From Subdoligranulum variabile (lineage in GTDB: Bacteria; Bacillota; Clostridia; Oscillospirales; Ruminococcaceae), in the NCBI GenBank assembly GCA_004552305.1, contig SFOX01000008.1:8-64007 (forward strand): a DNA stretch of 64,000 nt, read 5' to 3'. A program made the translations under genes and the position numbers. Shown here piece by piece: positions 8,994 to 17,984 of the stretch (the stretch's first letter is position 1; each line of letters begins with the position of its first letter). The notes beneath the pieces were generated by a model that was not told where the DNA came from, made no database searches, and saw nothing but the letters and a program-made list of their open reading frames with translations.

Positions 8994-9027
8994 GCAAAAA
9001 AAGGAAGGAGGCAAGCCTCCTTCCTTT
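8994..9027 (-). terminator. Intrinsic terminator after the 150-aa gene (bidirectional shape)
   Basis: aaggaaggagg-caag-cctccttcctt, with a T7 run on the minus strand. Confidence 0.75.
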
Positions 9028-9054
9028 TATAGTATAGTATACTATCCCATGCCG

Positions 9055-9507
9055 TTATTTGCCGAAAATTGCCCCGATGCTGTTGAATACCCCGGCGATG
9101 CTGTCGGCTTGCTTTTGCAGCGCGTCCACGTTTTCCATCAAGCCGGGCAGACCTGCCAGCACTTTATTCAGCGCTTCCACGTCTAATTTTTGCAGCTGAT
9201 CCACAATGCCGGGCAGCTTTTGCATCATATCGTCCAGCTCGGCGGGATCCAGCGTGCCAAGGCTGCTTTGCAGGGTTTCCGCCAGCGCGTCCACCTGCGT
9301 GCAGGCGTCCAGCACCTCGGCGTAGGCGGCGTTCAGGCGCACGGCGGCAAACGCCAGCGCTGCCAGCACCACCACGGCCAGCACAATCGTGACCGCCATA
9401 TGGATCGTCTGGTTGCGCAAAATTTTTTGGTTCTGCGCCTCGATGCGGTCCAGCTGCGCCTGCAGCGCCGTTTCGGGTGCGTCGGGGGTGTGGTTCAGTT
9501 CTTGCAT
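9055..9507 (-). CDS. Hypothetical single-pass membrane/coiled-coil protein, co-operonic with the HK/RR pair
   Basis: 150 aa. One TM (MAVTIVLAVVVLAALAFAAV). RBS AAAGGAGGAG. Starts 12 nt after the HK stop. Confidence 0.7.
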   Translation of the reverse strand: MQELNHTPDAPETALQAQLDRIEAQNQKILRNQTIHMAVTIVLAVVVLAALAFAAVRLNAAYAEVLDACTQVDALAETLQSSLGTLDPAELDDMMQKLPGIVDQLQKLDVEALNKVLAGLPGLMENVDALQKQADSIAGVFNSIGAIFGK

Positions 9508-9518
9508 AGGCTCCTCCT

Positions 9519-11051
9519 TTACTGGGTGCGGGTGTCCCGCATTTCAAACCAGAATGTGCTGCCCTGCCCCACAGCGCTGTTTACGCCAAAGGCAAAGCCG
9601 TGCTGCTGCAAAATCGCCTTGGTAATGCTCAGCCCCAGCCCCGTGCCGCTGCGCCCGGAATCCTGCCGTGCGCGGTAGTAGCGGTCAAAAATGTACGGCA
9701 GATCGTCCGGCGGGATGCCGGGACCGTGGTCGGTGACCTCCACCCGGCAGCCGCCGCCGGGCATGGGCGCGGCGCGCAGAATCACCACGCCGTCCGCGCC
9801 GATGTGGTGGAACGCATTGCCCAAAAGGTTGTGCAGCACCCGCTCCATCATGGCGGGGTCAGCGCTGACCGGGCAGGGGTCGTCGCCCAAAAATTGCAGC
9901 TGCCAGTGGTTTTGCTCGCACAGGGCATCGTAGCGCCCCGCCACCTCAAAGCAAAGCGCATCCATATGAAACTGCACCGGCTCGGGCTTTTCGGCGCCCG
10001 ACTGTACCTTGCTCAGCTCCATCACGCTGTTGACCAGCGCCGACAGGCGGTCGGCTTCATCGGCAATGATGTTGCACTGCTCGGTGCGCTTTTCGGCGTC
10101 GTTGCCCGTGATATCGCGCACCGTTTCGGCGTAGCCCTTGATCAGCGTCAGCGGGGTGCGCAGGTCGTGGCTGACGTTTGCCAGGATGTCCTTTTCCAGC
10201 TGGGCGCTGCGCTTGACCTCGGCGGTCATATGGTTAAAATCGGCGGCAAGACGTCCGATTTCATCGTTATGCTCCACCGAAATGCAGGTGTCGTAGTTGC
10301 CGGCAGCGACCTCTCGCGCGGCGGCGGACAGGCGGTGGATGGGGCGGGTGATCCAGCGGCTGAACAGCATCGCCGCCAGCAGGTCAATGACCAGCAAAAC
10401 CAGCGAAAGCGGCAACAGCAGGCTGCGCAGCACCTCGGCGGCGGTGAAGATCTGCGCCAGATTCGCCGAAACCAGCACGCCGTAGCAGCCGTCCGCCGAC
10501 AGCCTGCCCACGACCATCTGCCGGTTGCTGCCGGTCGCGATAATTTTGTACAGGCTGCCCTGCTCAAACAGTTGCTGCCGCAGCGAGATGACCACCGGGT
10601 TGTCGGGCGTGAAGGCAAACTCGCCGCCGAACGCGCCGGAGCTGTCGTGCAGCAGGCAGGGGAACAGGCTTTCGTATGCCTTGAGGCAGTGCAGGGTCGC
10701 ATCGCTGAAATCCACGCAGGCGCCGTCCACATCAATGCGCTGCTGGGCAAAGGCGTCGCTGACGCTGTTCCAGAAATTGCTGTTGAGCCAAAGCCCCGTG
10801 TAGGTGCGTTGCGAGATTTCCTTGTCGCTTTGGTCGATCATGGCGGTGATGGCGGTGCAGCGGTTTTCCAGCCGGGCGCGCAGCGTGCGGTTGTACATCG
10901 GTTCCAGCCCGTAGGTGATGACCGCCCACATCAGCGCCAGCGTAAACAACGTTAAGGCGCTGATAAACAGCATCATCTGCCAGCGTATCGCCAGCGCGGG
11001 GCGTTTGTGTGCAGGGTGTTTCACGGCAGCGGCACTTCCTTTACCGGGCAT
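9519..11051 (-). CDS. Sensor histidine kinase
   Basis: 510 aa. Two TMs, HAMP, H-box SHDLRTPL, G-box GTGLGLSI. Confidence 0.92.
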   Translation of the reverse strand: MPGKGSAAAVKHPAHKRPALAIRWQMMLFISALTLFTLALMWAVITYGLEPMYNRTLRARLENRCTAITAMIDQSDKEISQRTYTGLWLNSNFWNSVSDAFAQQRIDVDGACVDFSDATLHCLKAYESLFPCLLHDSSGAFGGEFAFTPDNPVVISLRQQLFEQGSLYKIIATGSNRQMVVGRLSADGCYGVLVSANLAQIFTAAEVLRSLLLPLSLVLLVIDLLAAMLFSRWITRPIHRLSAAAREVAAGNYDTCISVEHNDEIGRLAADFNHMTAEVKRSAQLEKDILANVSHDLRTPLTLIKGYAETVRDITGNDAEKRTEQCNIIADEADRLSALVNSVMELSKVQSGAEKPEPVQFHMDALCFEVAGRYDALCEQNHWQLQFLGDDPCPVSADPAMMERVLHNLLGNAFHHIGADGVVILRAAPMPGGGCRVEVTDHGPGIPPDDLPYIFDRYYRARQDSGRSGTGLGLSITKAILQQHGFAFGVNSAVGQGSTFWFEMRDTRTQ

Positions 11052-11724
11052 CGGGGTCGAACTTGTAGCCGATGCCCCACACGGTTACGATCAGATTGCG
11101 GCAAGCCCCCAAGTGGCTGCGCAGCATTTTAATGTGGGTGTCCACGGTGCGGTCCTCGCCGTAGTAGTCGTAGTTCCACACCTTTTGCAGGATTTTTTCG
11201 CGGCTGAGGGCAATGCCCTTGTTGTTGACCAAAAAGACCAGCAGGTCAAATTCCTTGGGGGTCAGCGGGGCTTCCTGCCCGGCGACCTTGACGCTGTGGC
11301 TGGCGGTGTCGATGGTCAGCTCCCCAAAGGTGTACAGCGTGCCGTCGCGGGCGGTGCTGGGCATGGTGCGCGCCAGCACCGCCTTGACCCGTGCCACCAG
11401 CTCGCGCGGGGAAAACGGCTTGACAACGTAGTCGTCGGCACCGTTTTCCAGCCCCGCCAGCTTGTCGTATTCCTCGCTGCGGGCGGTCAGCATAATGACC
11501 GGGGTCATCATTTTGCGGGTGCGCATCTCGCGCAGGCAGGTCATACCGTCCATAAAGGGCATCATAATGTCCAGAATCACAAGGTCAATGCCGCCCTGCG
11601 CCAATAGGCCCAGGGCTTCGCCGCCGTCGCCCGCCTCGGCGCAGGTAAAGCCGGCGTATTGCAGATGCTCCCGGATCAAATCCCGGATGCGGGGTTCATC
11701 GTCCACGATCAGAATGTTCGGCAT
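11041..11724 (-). CDS. OmpR-family response regulator
   Basis: 227 aa. Receiver domain (ILIVDDE, DLVILDIMMP) plus winged helix (TVWGIGYKF). Overlaps the HK by 11 nt. Confidence 0.93.
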   Translation of the reverse strand: MPNILIVDDEPRIRDLIREHLQYAGFTCAEAGDGGEALGLLAQGGIDLVILDIMMPFMDGMTCLREMRTRKMMTPVIMLTARSEEYDKLAGLENGADDYVVKPFSPRELVARVKAVLARTMPSTARDGTLYTFGELTIDTASHSVKVAGQEAPLTPKEFDLLVFLVNNKGIALSREKILQKVWNYDYYGEDRTVDTHIKMLRSHLGACRNLIVTVWGIGYKFDPDAR

Positions 11725-11817
11725 GGGGAAACTCCTCCTTATACGATACCTCTATAAGTCTATCATACCGCAGCTGCGTGGTGAAATTGTGAAATTTTTT
11801 GAAAAAAATTGAAAAAA

Positions 11818-11872
11818 GGGGCGCGGCACAGAGTTGAGAGCGGAAAGTTCAGAGTTGAGATTCGCCGCGCCA
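11818..11872 (+). repeat. Permuted heptad module (M3): hairpin arms flank the heptads
   Basis: ggggcgcggcac AGAGTTG AGAGCGG AAAGTTC AGAGTTG AGATTC gccgcgcc. Confidence 0.6.
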
Positions 11873-11944
11873 ATTTCCATTATCTCTTGCATTTCTCCCC
11901 GTTTTGCTGTACTATTATGCTGAGAAAATCTGGAGGTGCAGCTT

Positions 11945-12766
11945 ATGCAGGATATCCGCGTCGTGGCGCTGGATCTGGACGGTACCGTGTTTGACGATGC
12001 CAAAACCATTTCCCCGCGCAATGCCGCTGCCATCAATGCCGCCCTGCAAAAGGGCGTGCTGGTCTTACCCGCAACGGGGCGTCCCGCCGCCGGGGTGCCG
12101 CAGCAGTTTCTGGACTGGCCGGGTGTAGACTACGCCATTACCAGCAACGGTGCCACCGTCACCGAGCTGGCAACCGGCAAAAAACTTGTCGAACAGCCGT
12201 TTTCCCCCGCCTTGGCGATGCAGCTGTATGACCTTTTGCAGCCCTTCGGCGGGCTGATCAGCGTGTTTGTGGACGGGCAAAGCTACTCGCAAACGGGCAA
12301 CGTGGATGCCTGCGAGGCTTTTTTGCCCCCCAACCTGAGAGCCTACTTCCACACGACCCGGGGCGAAGCCGCCGACCTGCGGCAGTTTCTGCGGGATCAC
12401 GCGCAGGAAATTGAAAAATTCAGCATCATCTATCCCGACGATGCCACCCGCGACGCCGCATGGCAGGCGGTGCTGGCTGCCGGTCCCACCGAGATCACCA
12501 CCAGCCTCGATTCCAACCTGGAGATCAACGCCCCCGGCGTGACCAAGGGCAGTGCGCTGCTGGCGCTCGCCAAGCATCTGGGGCTTGCCCGCAGCCAGCT
12601 GATGGCGATGGGCGATTCCGGCAACGACCTTGCCATGCTGCAGGCCGCCGGGCTGGGTGTCGCCATGGGCAACGCCACCGAGGAGGTCAAGGCAGCCGCC
12701 GACGCCGTAAGCGCCGACAACAACCACGACGGTGTGGCAGTTGCCATTGAAAAATACGTTCTGTAA
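11945..12766 (+). CDS. Cof-type HAD-IIB family hydrolase
   Basis: ALDLDGTVF and GDSGNDLAML motifs. ATG 8 nt after TGGAGG; the ORF track starts 9 nt earlier at a GTG. Confidence 0.88.
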   Translation: MQDIRVVALDLDGTVFDDAKTISPRNAAAINAALQKGVLVLPATGRPAAGVPQQFLDWPGVDYAITSNGATVTELATGKKLVEQPFSPALAMQLYDLLQPFGGLISVFVDGQSYSQTGNVDACEAFLPPNLRAYFHTTRGEAADLRQFLRDHAQEIEKFSIIYPDDATRDAAWQAVLAAGPTEITTSLDSNLEINAPGVTKGSALLALAKHLGLARSQLMAMGDSGNDLAMLQAAGLGVAMGNATEEVKAAADAVSADNNHDGVAVAIEKYVL

Positions 12767-12799
12767 AGCACAATTTGCGATTATACAAGGAGTAATTTC

Positions 12800-14020
12800 A
12801 TGAAAAACGTTCTGGTAGGTCAGTCCGGCGGTCCCACCGCTGTGATCAACGCAAGCCTCGCCGGTGTGTACGAAACCGCTAAGGCGTGCGGCGCCTCCCG
12901 CGTGTACGGTATGCAGTACGGCATTGAGGGCGTGCTGAAGGGGCATCTCATCGACTTGGACGAAAAGCTCGCTGACAAGATGGATATCGAGCTGCTCAAG
13001 CGCACCCCGTCCAGCTACCTCGGCTCCTGCCGCTGCAAGCTGCCCGACCCCAAGGTGAACGCCGCCCCGTTTGAAAAGCTGTTCCAGATTTTTGCCGCGC
13101 ACGACATCGGCGCGGTGTTCTACATCGGCGGCAACGACTCGATGGACACCATCGCCAAGCTGTCGGTGTACGGCGGCAGTATCGGCAGCGGCATCCGGTT
13201 TATCGGCGTACCCAAAACCATCGACAACGACCTGATGCTGACCGACCACACCCCCGGCTACGGCAGCGCCGCCAAGTACATTGCCACCATTTTAAAGGAA
13301 GTCATCTGCGATTCCAGCGTGTACGACCTGCGCAGCGTCACGGTGGCGGAAATCATGGGTCGCCACACCGGCTGGCTTGCCGCCGCCGCCAGCTTGGCTG
13401 CCGGTCCCGACTGCGACGGTCCCGACCTGATCCTGCTGCCGGAGGTTCCCTTTGACGAGGACGCCTTCCTTGCCCGCGTTGCCGAGCTGGCGCAGACCCG
13501 CCACAACGTTATCATTGCCGCCAGCGAGGGCGTCAAAAACAAGGACGGCGTGTTCCTGTGCGATCTGGTTTCCACCGCCGGGCAGCTGGACGCCTTCGGT
13601 CACAAGGCAATTTTGAGCGGCACCAGCCGTTACCTCGCCGATCTCATCCGCGTGCGCCTGGGCTGCAAGACCCGCGCCATTGAATTTTCGACGCTGCAGC
13701 GCTGCGCCAGCCACCTTGCCAGCCGCACCGACATCACCGAGGCGTATCAGGTGGGCGGCGGCGCTGTGGAGGCTGCCGTGCGCGGCGAAACCGGCAAGAT
13801 GTGCGCCATCAAGCGCCTGAGCGACCAGCCCTACCGCGTGGAAACCGAGATGGTCGATGTGACGCAGGTCGCCAACTACGAAAAGAAGGTCCCCGCCGAT
13901 TGGATCGCCGAGGACGGTATGCACGTCAACGAAAACTTTGAGCGCTACGCCCGCCCGCTGATCCAAGCTGAGCTGAACCCCATCTACATCAACGGCGTAC
14001 CCCGCCACATCCACCTGTGA
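12800..14020 (+). CDS. Phosphofructokinase, PPi-dependent signature (diphosphate-fructose-6-phosphate 1-phosphotransferase type)
   Basis: 406 aa. GQSGGPTAVINAS, GGNDS (Asp at the E. coli G104 position), PKTIDND (Lys at the G124 position). Confidence 0.88.
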   Translation: MKNVLVGQSGGPTAVINASLAGVYETAKACGASRVYGMQYGIEGVLKGHLIDLDEKLADKMDIELLKRTPSSYLGSCRCKLPDPKVNAAPFEKLFQIFAAHDIGAVFYIGGNDSMDTIAKLSVYGGSIGSGIRFIGVPKTIDNDLMLTDHTPGYGSAAKYIATILKEVICDSSVYDLRSVTVAEIMGRHTGWLAAAASLAAGPDCDGPDLILLPEVPFDEDAFLARVAELAQTRHNVIIAASEGVKNKDGVFLCDLVSTAGQLDAFGHKAILSGTSRYLADLIRVRLGCKTRAIEFSTLQRCASHLASRTDITEAYQVGGGAVEAAVRGETGKMCAIKRLSDQPYRVETEMVDVTQVANYEKKVPADWIAEDGMHVNENFERYARPLIQAELNPIYINGVPRHIHL

Positions 14021-14766
14021 GCGAGCCGCGCCCCCGCGTCTGGCAGGCGGACGCCCTGCGCGGGCTTGCCCTGCTGAATATGCTTGCCTACCATTTTATG
14101 TACGACTGGGTGTACATTTTTGGGCAAAGTGCGCCGTGGTATAACATCAGCGCGCCCGGCTGCCATGCGTGGCAGCAGTATATCTGCCAGAGCTTTATCC
14201 TGCTGTCGGGCTATAGCTTTGCGTTTGCCCGCAAGCCGCTGAAAAACGCCGCCGTGGTGGGCGGGTGCGCCCTGCTGTTAAGCGCTGTGACCCTGCTGTT
14301 TTTGCCGGCGGAGGGCATCTGGTTCGGCGTTTTGCACCTGAACGCCGCCGCGCTGCTGCTTACCGTGCTTGCCCGCCCCGTTTTGCAGCGCATCCCCGCG
14401 CCCGCGGGCTTGACCGGCTGCGCCGCGCTGTTTTTGCTGACCAACCAACTGCCCTACGGCTTTTTGGGCTTTGAGGGGCTGCATCTTGTCGCCCTGCCCG
14501 CCGGGCTGTACCGCGCCAATTTGTGGTGGCTGGGGCTGCCGGATTTGACAAAATTTGCCTCGGCGGATTATTTTCCGCTGATACCGTGGCTGTTTTTGTT
14601 CTGGGCGGGGCTGTTTGCCGCGCGCCTTGTGCGCCCTGCCCCCGCCGCATCGCCCGCCGCGCTGCGCCCGCTGTGCCGGGTCGGACGGCACACCTTGGCG
14701 GTGTATATGCTGCACCAGCCGATTTTGTACGCAACACTGTGGGTGGTTTTCCACGAAAAAGCATAA
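14017..14766 (+). CDS. DUF1624-like (heparan-alpha-glucosaminide N-acetyltransferase-like) membrane protein
   Basis: 249 aa polytopic protein. N-terminal DALRGLALLNMLAYHF. GTG start overlaps the PFK stop (GTGA). Confidence 0.6.
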   Translation: MSEPRPRVWQADALRGLALLNMLAYHFMYDWVYIFGQSAPWYNISAPGCHAWQQYICQSFILLSGYSFAFARKPLKNAAVVGGCALLLSAVTLLFLPAEGIWFGVLHLNAAALLLTVLARPVLQRIPAPAGLTGCAALFLLTNQLPYGFLGFEGLHLVALPAGLYRANLWWLGLPDLTKFASADYFPLIPWLFLFWAGLFAARLVRPAPAASPAALRPLCRVGRHTLAVYMLHQPILYATLWVVFHEKA

Positions 14767-14813
14767 AAATGTTAAAAATTTAAAAATAAACCCGTTTTCG
14801 GCAAAAAATAAGG

Positions 14814-14843
14814 TTGACATACCCCCTGTACTTATAGTATAAT
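14814..14843 (+). promoter_or_regulatory. rpsU promoter with an A-rich UP-like tract
   Basis: TTGACA-N18-TATAAT, preceded by aaaaatttaaaaataaa. Confidence 0.6.
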
Positions 14844-14905
14844 TTCTGTTACTGGTTGATATTTTGACCGGCAAACTCCTGTCTCAGGTCAAGGGAGGGA
14901 AAAAG

Positions 14906-15082
14906 ATGTCGGAGATCCGTGTCAAAGAGGGCGAGTCCCTCGAGAGCGCTCTGCGCCGTTTCAAGCGCAGCACTGCCCGCAGCGGCGTATTGGCTGAGGT
15001 TCGCAAGCGTGAGGCTTATGAGAAGCCTTCCGTCAAGCGTAAGAAGAAGTCCGAGGCTGCCCGCAAGCGCAAGTTTAAGTAA
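14906..15082 (+). CDS. rpsU: 30S ribosomal protein S21
   Basis: [21 protein letters not shown]...[25 protein letters not shown]. The ORF-track start at 14864 is an upstream extension. Confidence 0.95.
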   Translation: MSEIRVKEGESLESALRRFKRSTARSGVLAEVRKREAYEKPSVKRKKKSEAARKRKFK

Positions 15083-15104
15083 GATTATCTTACAAGGAAC
15101 GACT

Positions 15105-15148
15105 GTGCAGATCCACGCAAATTGCGGGGGTCTGCACTTTTATTTTTA
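15105..15148 (+). terminator. rpsU intrinsic terminator
   Basis: gtgcaga...tctgcac stem followed by ttttattttta. Confidence 0.7.
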
Positions 15149-15150
15149 TT

Positions 15151-15204
15151 GCGGCTGTTGCAAAACTCCCCGGCGGGGTGGGGTCACCCCGCCCTACATC
15201 GTAC
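15151..15204. repeat. REP-like unit (ggcggggtggggtcaccccgcc followed by ctac)
   Basis: Same family as 8739, 18075, 40815, 45686, 57341 and 63520. Confidence 0.75.
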
Positions 15205-15265
15205 TAAATAAAACCGTGCCGCTTAGCGGCACACCTTATCTTAACTCTCAACGCTCCACTCTCCC
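15205..15265 (-). repeat. Heptad-repeat + hairpin module (M4), antisense to the flanking genes
   Basis: Minus strand reads gagagtg gagcgtt gagagtt aagataa ggtgtgccgc-taa-gcggcac ggttttattt. Confidence 0.8.
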
Positions 15266-15277
15266 TGAGGTATTTCT

Positions 15278-15787
15278 ATGATCCTAACGCCCGAATACGT
15301 TTTTCGCCGCATTGAATCCATCACGCCGGAATTTCTGGCGCAGCACGGCATCACCGCGCTGGTCCTCGACGTGGACAACACCCTGACCGCCGACGGCAGC
15401 CAGGTGCTGGACGACTCGGTGCGCCAATGGCTGGATACCATGCGCGCCGCCGGTGTCAGCCTGACCATCGTGTCCAACAACACCGACAAGCGGGTGCGCC
15501 CGTTTGCGCAGCGCGTCGGGCTGGCGTATGTGCCGCTGGCGTGCAAGCCGTTTTCGCCGGGGCTGCGGGTGGCGCGCCGCCGTCTGGGCGTTGCCAAATC
15601 CCGGATGGCGATGGTCGGCGACCAAATCTTCACCGACCGCCTTGCGGCAGGGCTGTACGGCATTCCCTGCCTGTTCCTGCTGCCCCGCACCCCGCACGAC
15701 AAAAACCGCGTGGTGCGCTTTAAGCGCAAATTTGAGCCGTACTGGCTGAACAAATTCTACCGAAACGGGGGAAAGATCTATGAATGA
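15278..15787 (+). CDS. YqeG-family HAD-IIIA phosphatase
   Basis: 169 aa. LDVDNTLT and MVGDQIFTD motifs. Confidence 0.85.
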   Translation: MILTPEYVFRRIESITPEFLAQHGITALVLDVDNTLTADGSQVLDDSVRQWLDTMRAAGVSLTIVSNNTDKRVRPFAQRVGLAYVPLACKPFSPGLRVARRRLGVAKSRMAMVGDQIFTDRLAAGLYGIPCLFLLPRTPHDKNRVVRFKRKFEPYWLNKFYRNGGKIYE

Positions 15788-16634
15788 CACCCCCAAATTC
15801 GGCACTGCCGGGCTGTCCGATTCCTACGCCGCCAAGGGGTTTGACCCGCAAAAAATCGCCGCCTACACGGCGTCCTTCGGGCTGACCGCCTTCGAGTACC
15901 AGTGCGGGCGCGGCGTGCGTCTGGCGCACGACAAGGCACAGGCGCTGGGCAAGGCTGCCGCCGCACAGGGCATCACCCTGTCCGTCCACGCGCCGTACTA
16001 TATCAGTATGTCGGGCTTGGACGATGAAAAACGTCTGCACAGCGTCGATTATCTGCTGCAAAGCTGCGCTTTGGTCAAAGCGCTGGGCGGGCGGCGGGTG
16101 GTGTTCCACCCCGGCAGCTGCGGCAAGCAAAGCCGTGAAGCCGCGCTGGAAAAGGCGCTGGACACCATGCGCCGCGCCGTCGCCGCCTGTGACGAGGCAG
16201 GCTACGGCGATTGCATCCTTTGCCCCGAAACGATGGGCAAAATCAACCAGCTTGGCACCGTGGACGAGGTGCTGGCGCTCTGCGCCGTGGACCCGCGCAT
16301 CACCCCCTGCATCGACTTTGGGCATATCTACGCGCGCAGCGGCGGCGCCGAGCTGACCGACACCGCCTCCTACGCGGCGCTGCTGGACAAGCTGGGCGAC
16401 GCCTTGGGCGATGACCGCGCCGTGCATTTTCACGCGCATTTTTCCCGCATTGCCTACACCGCGGGCGGCGAAAAATGCCACCTGACTTTTGCCGACACCG
16501 CCTACGGTCCGCCCCACGCCCCGCTTTTGCAGCTGCTGAAGCAGCGCAAGCTGGCGCCGACTATCATCTGCGAGTCCGCCGGCACGCAGGCGGAGGATGC
16601 CCAAAAACTGGCTGCCGCCTTTGCCGTGCTGTAA
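15780..16634 (+). CDS. Xylose isomerase-like TIM-barrel protein (endonuclease IV-like)
   Basis: 284 aa. SVHAPYYIS, VVFHPGS and CPETMG motifs typical of AP endonuclease family 2-like proteins. Confidence 0.7.
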   Translation: MNDTPKFGTAGLSDSYAAKGFDPQKIAAYTASFGLTAFEYQCGRGVRLAHDKAQALGKAAAAQGITLSVHAPYYISMSGLDDEKRLHSVDYLLQSCALVKALGGRRVVFHPGSCGKQSREAALEKALDTMRRAVAACDEAGYGDCILCPETMGKINQLGTVDEVLALCAVDPRITPCIDFGHIYARSGGAELTDTASYAALLDKLGDALGDDRAVHFHAHFSRIAYTAGGEKCHLTFADTAYGPPHAPLLQLLKQRKLAPTIICESAGTQAEDAQKLAAAFAVL

Positions 16635-16682
16635 AAAGCGCAAAAAAATTTAAAAAACATCGCAAAAAGTCCCGCAGGGGGC

Positions 16683-16711
16683 TTGCAAAAAGACCTGACA
16701 TCCTGTAAAAT
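16683..16711 (+). promoter_or_regulatory. efp promoter
   Basis: TTGCAA-N17-TAAAAT with TGt extended -10. Confidence 0.5.
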
Positions 16712-16752
16712 AATTACAGGTATGTTTAATCTATTATTGGAGGAATTTTAAT

Positions 16753-17235
16753 ATGATTTCTGCAGGCGAATTCCGTAACGGCGTCACCTTCGAGCAGGAC
16801 GGCCAGGTCCTTCAGGTCGTTGAGTTCCAGCACGTCAAGCCCGGCAAGGGCGCTGCTTTCGTGCGCACCAAGACCAAGGAAGTCACCTACTCTTACGAGG
16901 ACGGCGACCTGTACCACTTTATGGACGTTGAAACCTACGACGATATCCCCGTAGGCGCCAACGATGTGCCCGACAACTTCAAATTCTGCAAAGAGAACGA
17001 CACCTGCAAGCTGCTGAGCTACAAGGGTAAGGTTTTCAGCGTGGAAATCCCCAACTTTGTTGAGCTGGAAGTCACCGCTACCGAGCCGGGCGTCAAGGGC
17101 AACACCGCTACCAACACCCTGAAGCCCGCCACCGTCGAGACCGGTGCCGAGATCCGCGTCCCCCTGTTCATCAACGAGGGCGACAAGATCCGCATCGATA
17201 CCCGCACCGGCGAGTATATGGAGCGCGTCAACTGA
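16753..17235 (+). CDS. efp: Elongation factor P, about 26 aa shorter than canonical (internal in-frame gap)
   Basis: 160 aa. The [12 protein letters not shown] loop is present and domains II/III are intact ([44 protein letters not shown]). The segment between VRTK and TKEVTYSY is missing. Confidence 0.85.
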   Translation: MISAGEFRNGVTFEQDGQVLQVVEFQHVKPGKGAAFVRTKTKEVTYSYEDGDLYHFMDVETYDDIPVGANDVPDNFKFCKENDTCKLLSYKGKVFSVEIPNFVELEVTATEPGVKGNTATNTLKPATVETGAEIRVPLFINEGDKIRIDTRTGEYMERVN

Positions 17236-17311
17236 TTTGGCTTTTTGCCGGGTACTGGCTTGTGCCGTGCCCGGCATTTTTGTTCACCAAAAACAATAGG
17301 GAGGCAACACT

Positions 17312-17740
17312 ATGGCTATGGATTTGAACGCAAAGGCCGCCTACATCCGCGGCTTGATGACCGGTATGGAATTTGACCCCGAAAGCAAGAACGGCAAGAT
17401 CATTGCCGCCATGATGGATCTGCTGGAAGAAATGGCAGCCACCGTGGTCGAGCATGACGACGCGCTGGATCAGGTGTATGATGAGCTGGAAACGCTGGAT
17501 CAGGATCTGGACGACGTGGTTTCTGACCTGTACGAGCTGGAGGACGATGAGGACGACGAGGACGACGAGGAGCCTGCCGACCTGTACGAGGTCACCTGCC
17601 CCAACTGCGGTGCCGTTGTGACTGTGGACGAGGACACCCTGCTCAGCCAGGATCTGACCTGCCCCAACTGCCACGCCGCCTTTGACATTGAGATCAAGGA
17701 CGAAGAGGACGAGGACGAGGAACCCAACAGCGAAGAATAA
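17312..17740 (+). CDS. Conserved acidic zinc-ribbon protein (CxxC...CxxC), hypothetical
   Basis: 142 aa. CPNCG...CPNCH, long D/E runs. RBS GGGAGG. Confidence 0.75.
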   Translation: MAMDLNAKAAYIRGLMTGMEFDPESKNGKIIAAMMDLLEEMAATVVEHDDALDQVYDELETLDQDLDDVVSDLYELEDDEDDEDDEEPADLYEVTCPNCGAVVTVDEDTLLSQDLTCPNCHAAFDIEIKDEEDEDEEPNSEE

Positions 17741-17757
17741 GCGCAAAACATAAGCGC

Positions 17758-17793
17758 AAAAGGCGCGCCCCGGCAGGGGCGCGCCTTTTGCTT
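17758..17793 (+). terminator. Intrinsic terminator
   Basis: aggcgcgcccc-ggca-ggggcgcgcct followed by tttgcttt. Confidence 0.75.
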
Positions 17794-17856
17794 TAGAGTT
17801 AAGAGTGGAGAGTGCAGAGTTCAGATAAGGTGTGTCCGCTTTGCGGACACGTTTTA
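17794..17856 (+). repeat. Heptad-repeat + hairpin module (M5)
   Basis: TAGAGTT AAGAGTG GAGAGTG CAGAGTT CAGATAA GG TGTGTCCGC-ttt-GCGGACAC GTTTT. Confidence 0.85.
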
Positions 17857-17869
17857 ATATATTGCAAAG

Positions 17870-17982
17870 CCTTCCCCCAGCGGGGGAAGGTGGCGCGCCT
17901 GCGCGCCGGATGAGGGGGAGATGTCCGGCAGTTGCCCCCTCATCAGTCACCTGCGGTGACAGCTTCCCCCAAAGGGGGAAGC
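17870..17982 (+). repeat. Five-hairpin ~113-nt element, full copy
   Basis: ccttccccc-agc-gggggaagg / ggcgcg-cctg-cgcgcc / gatgaggggg-N16-ccccctcatc / gtcacc-tgc-ggtgac / gcttccccc-aaa-gggggaagc. Confidence 0.8.
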
Positions 17983-17984
17983 CA

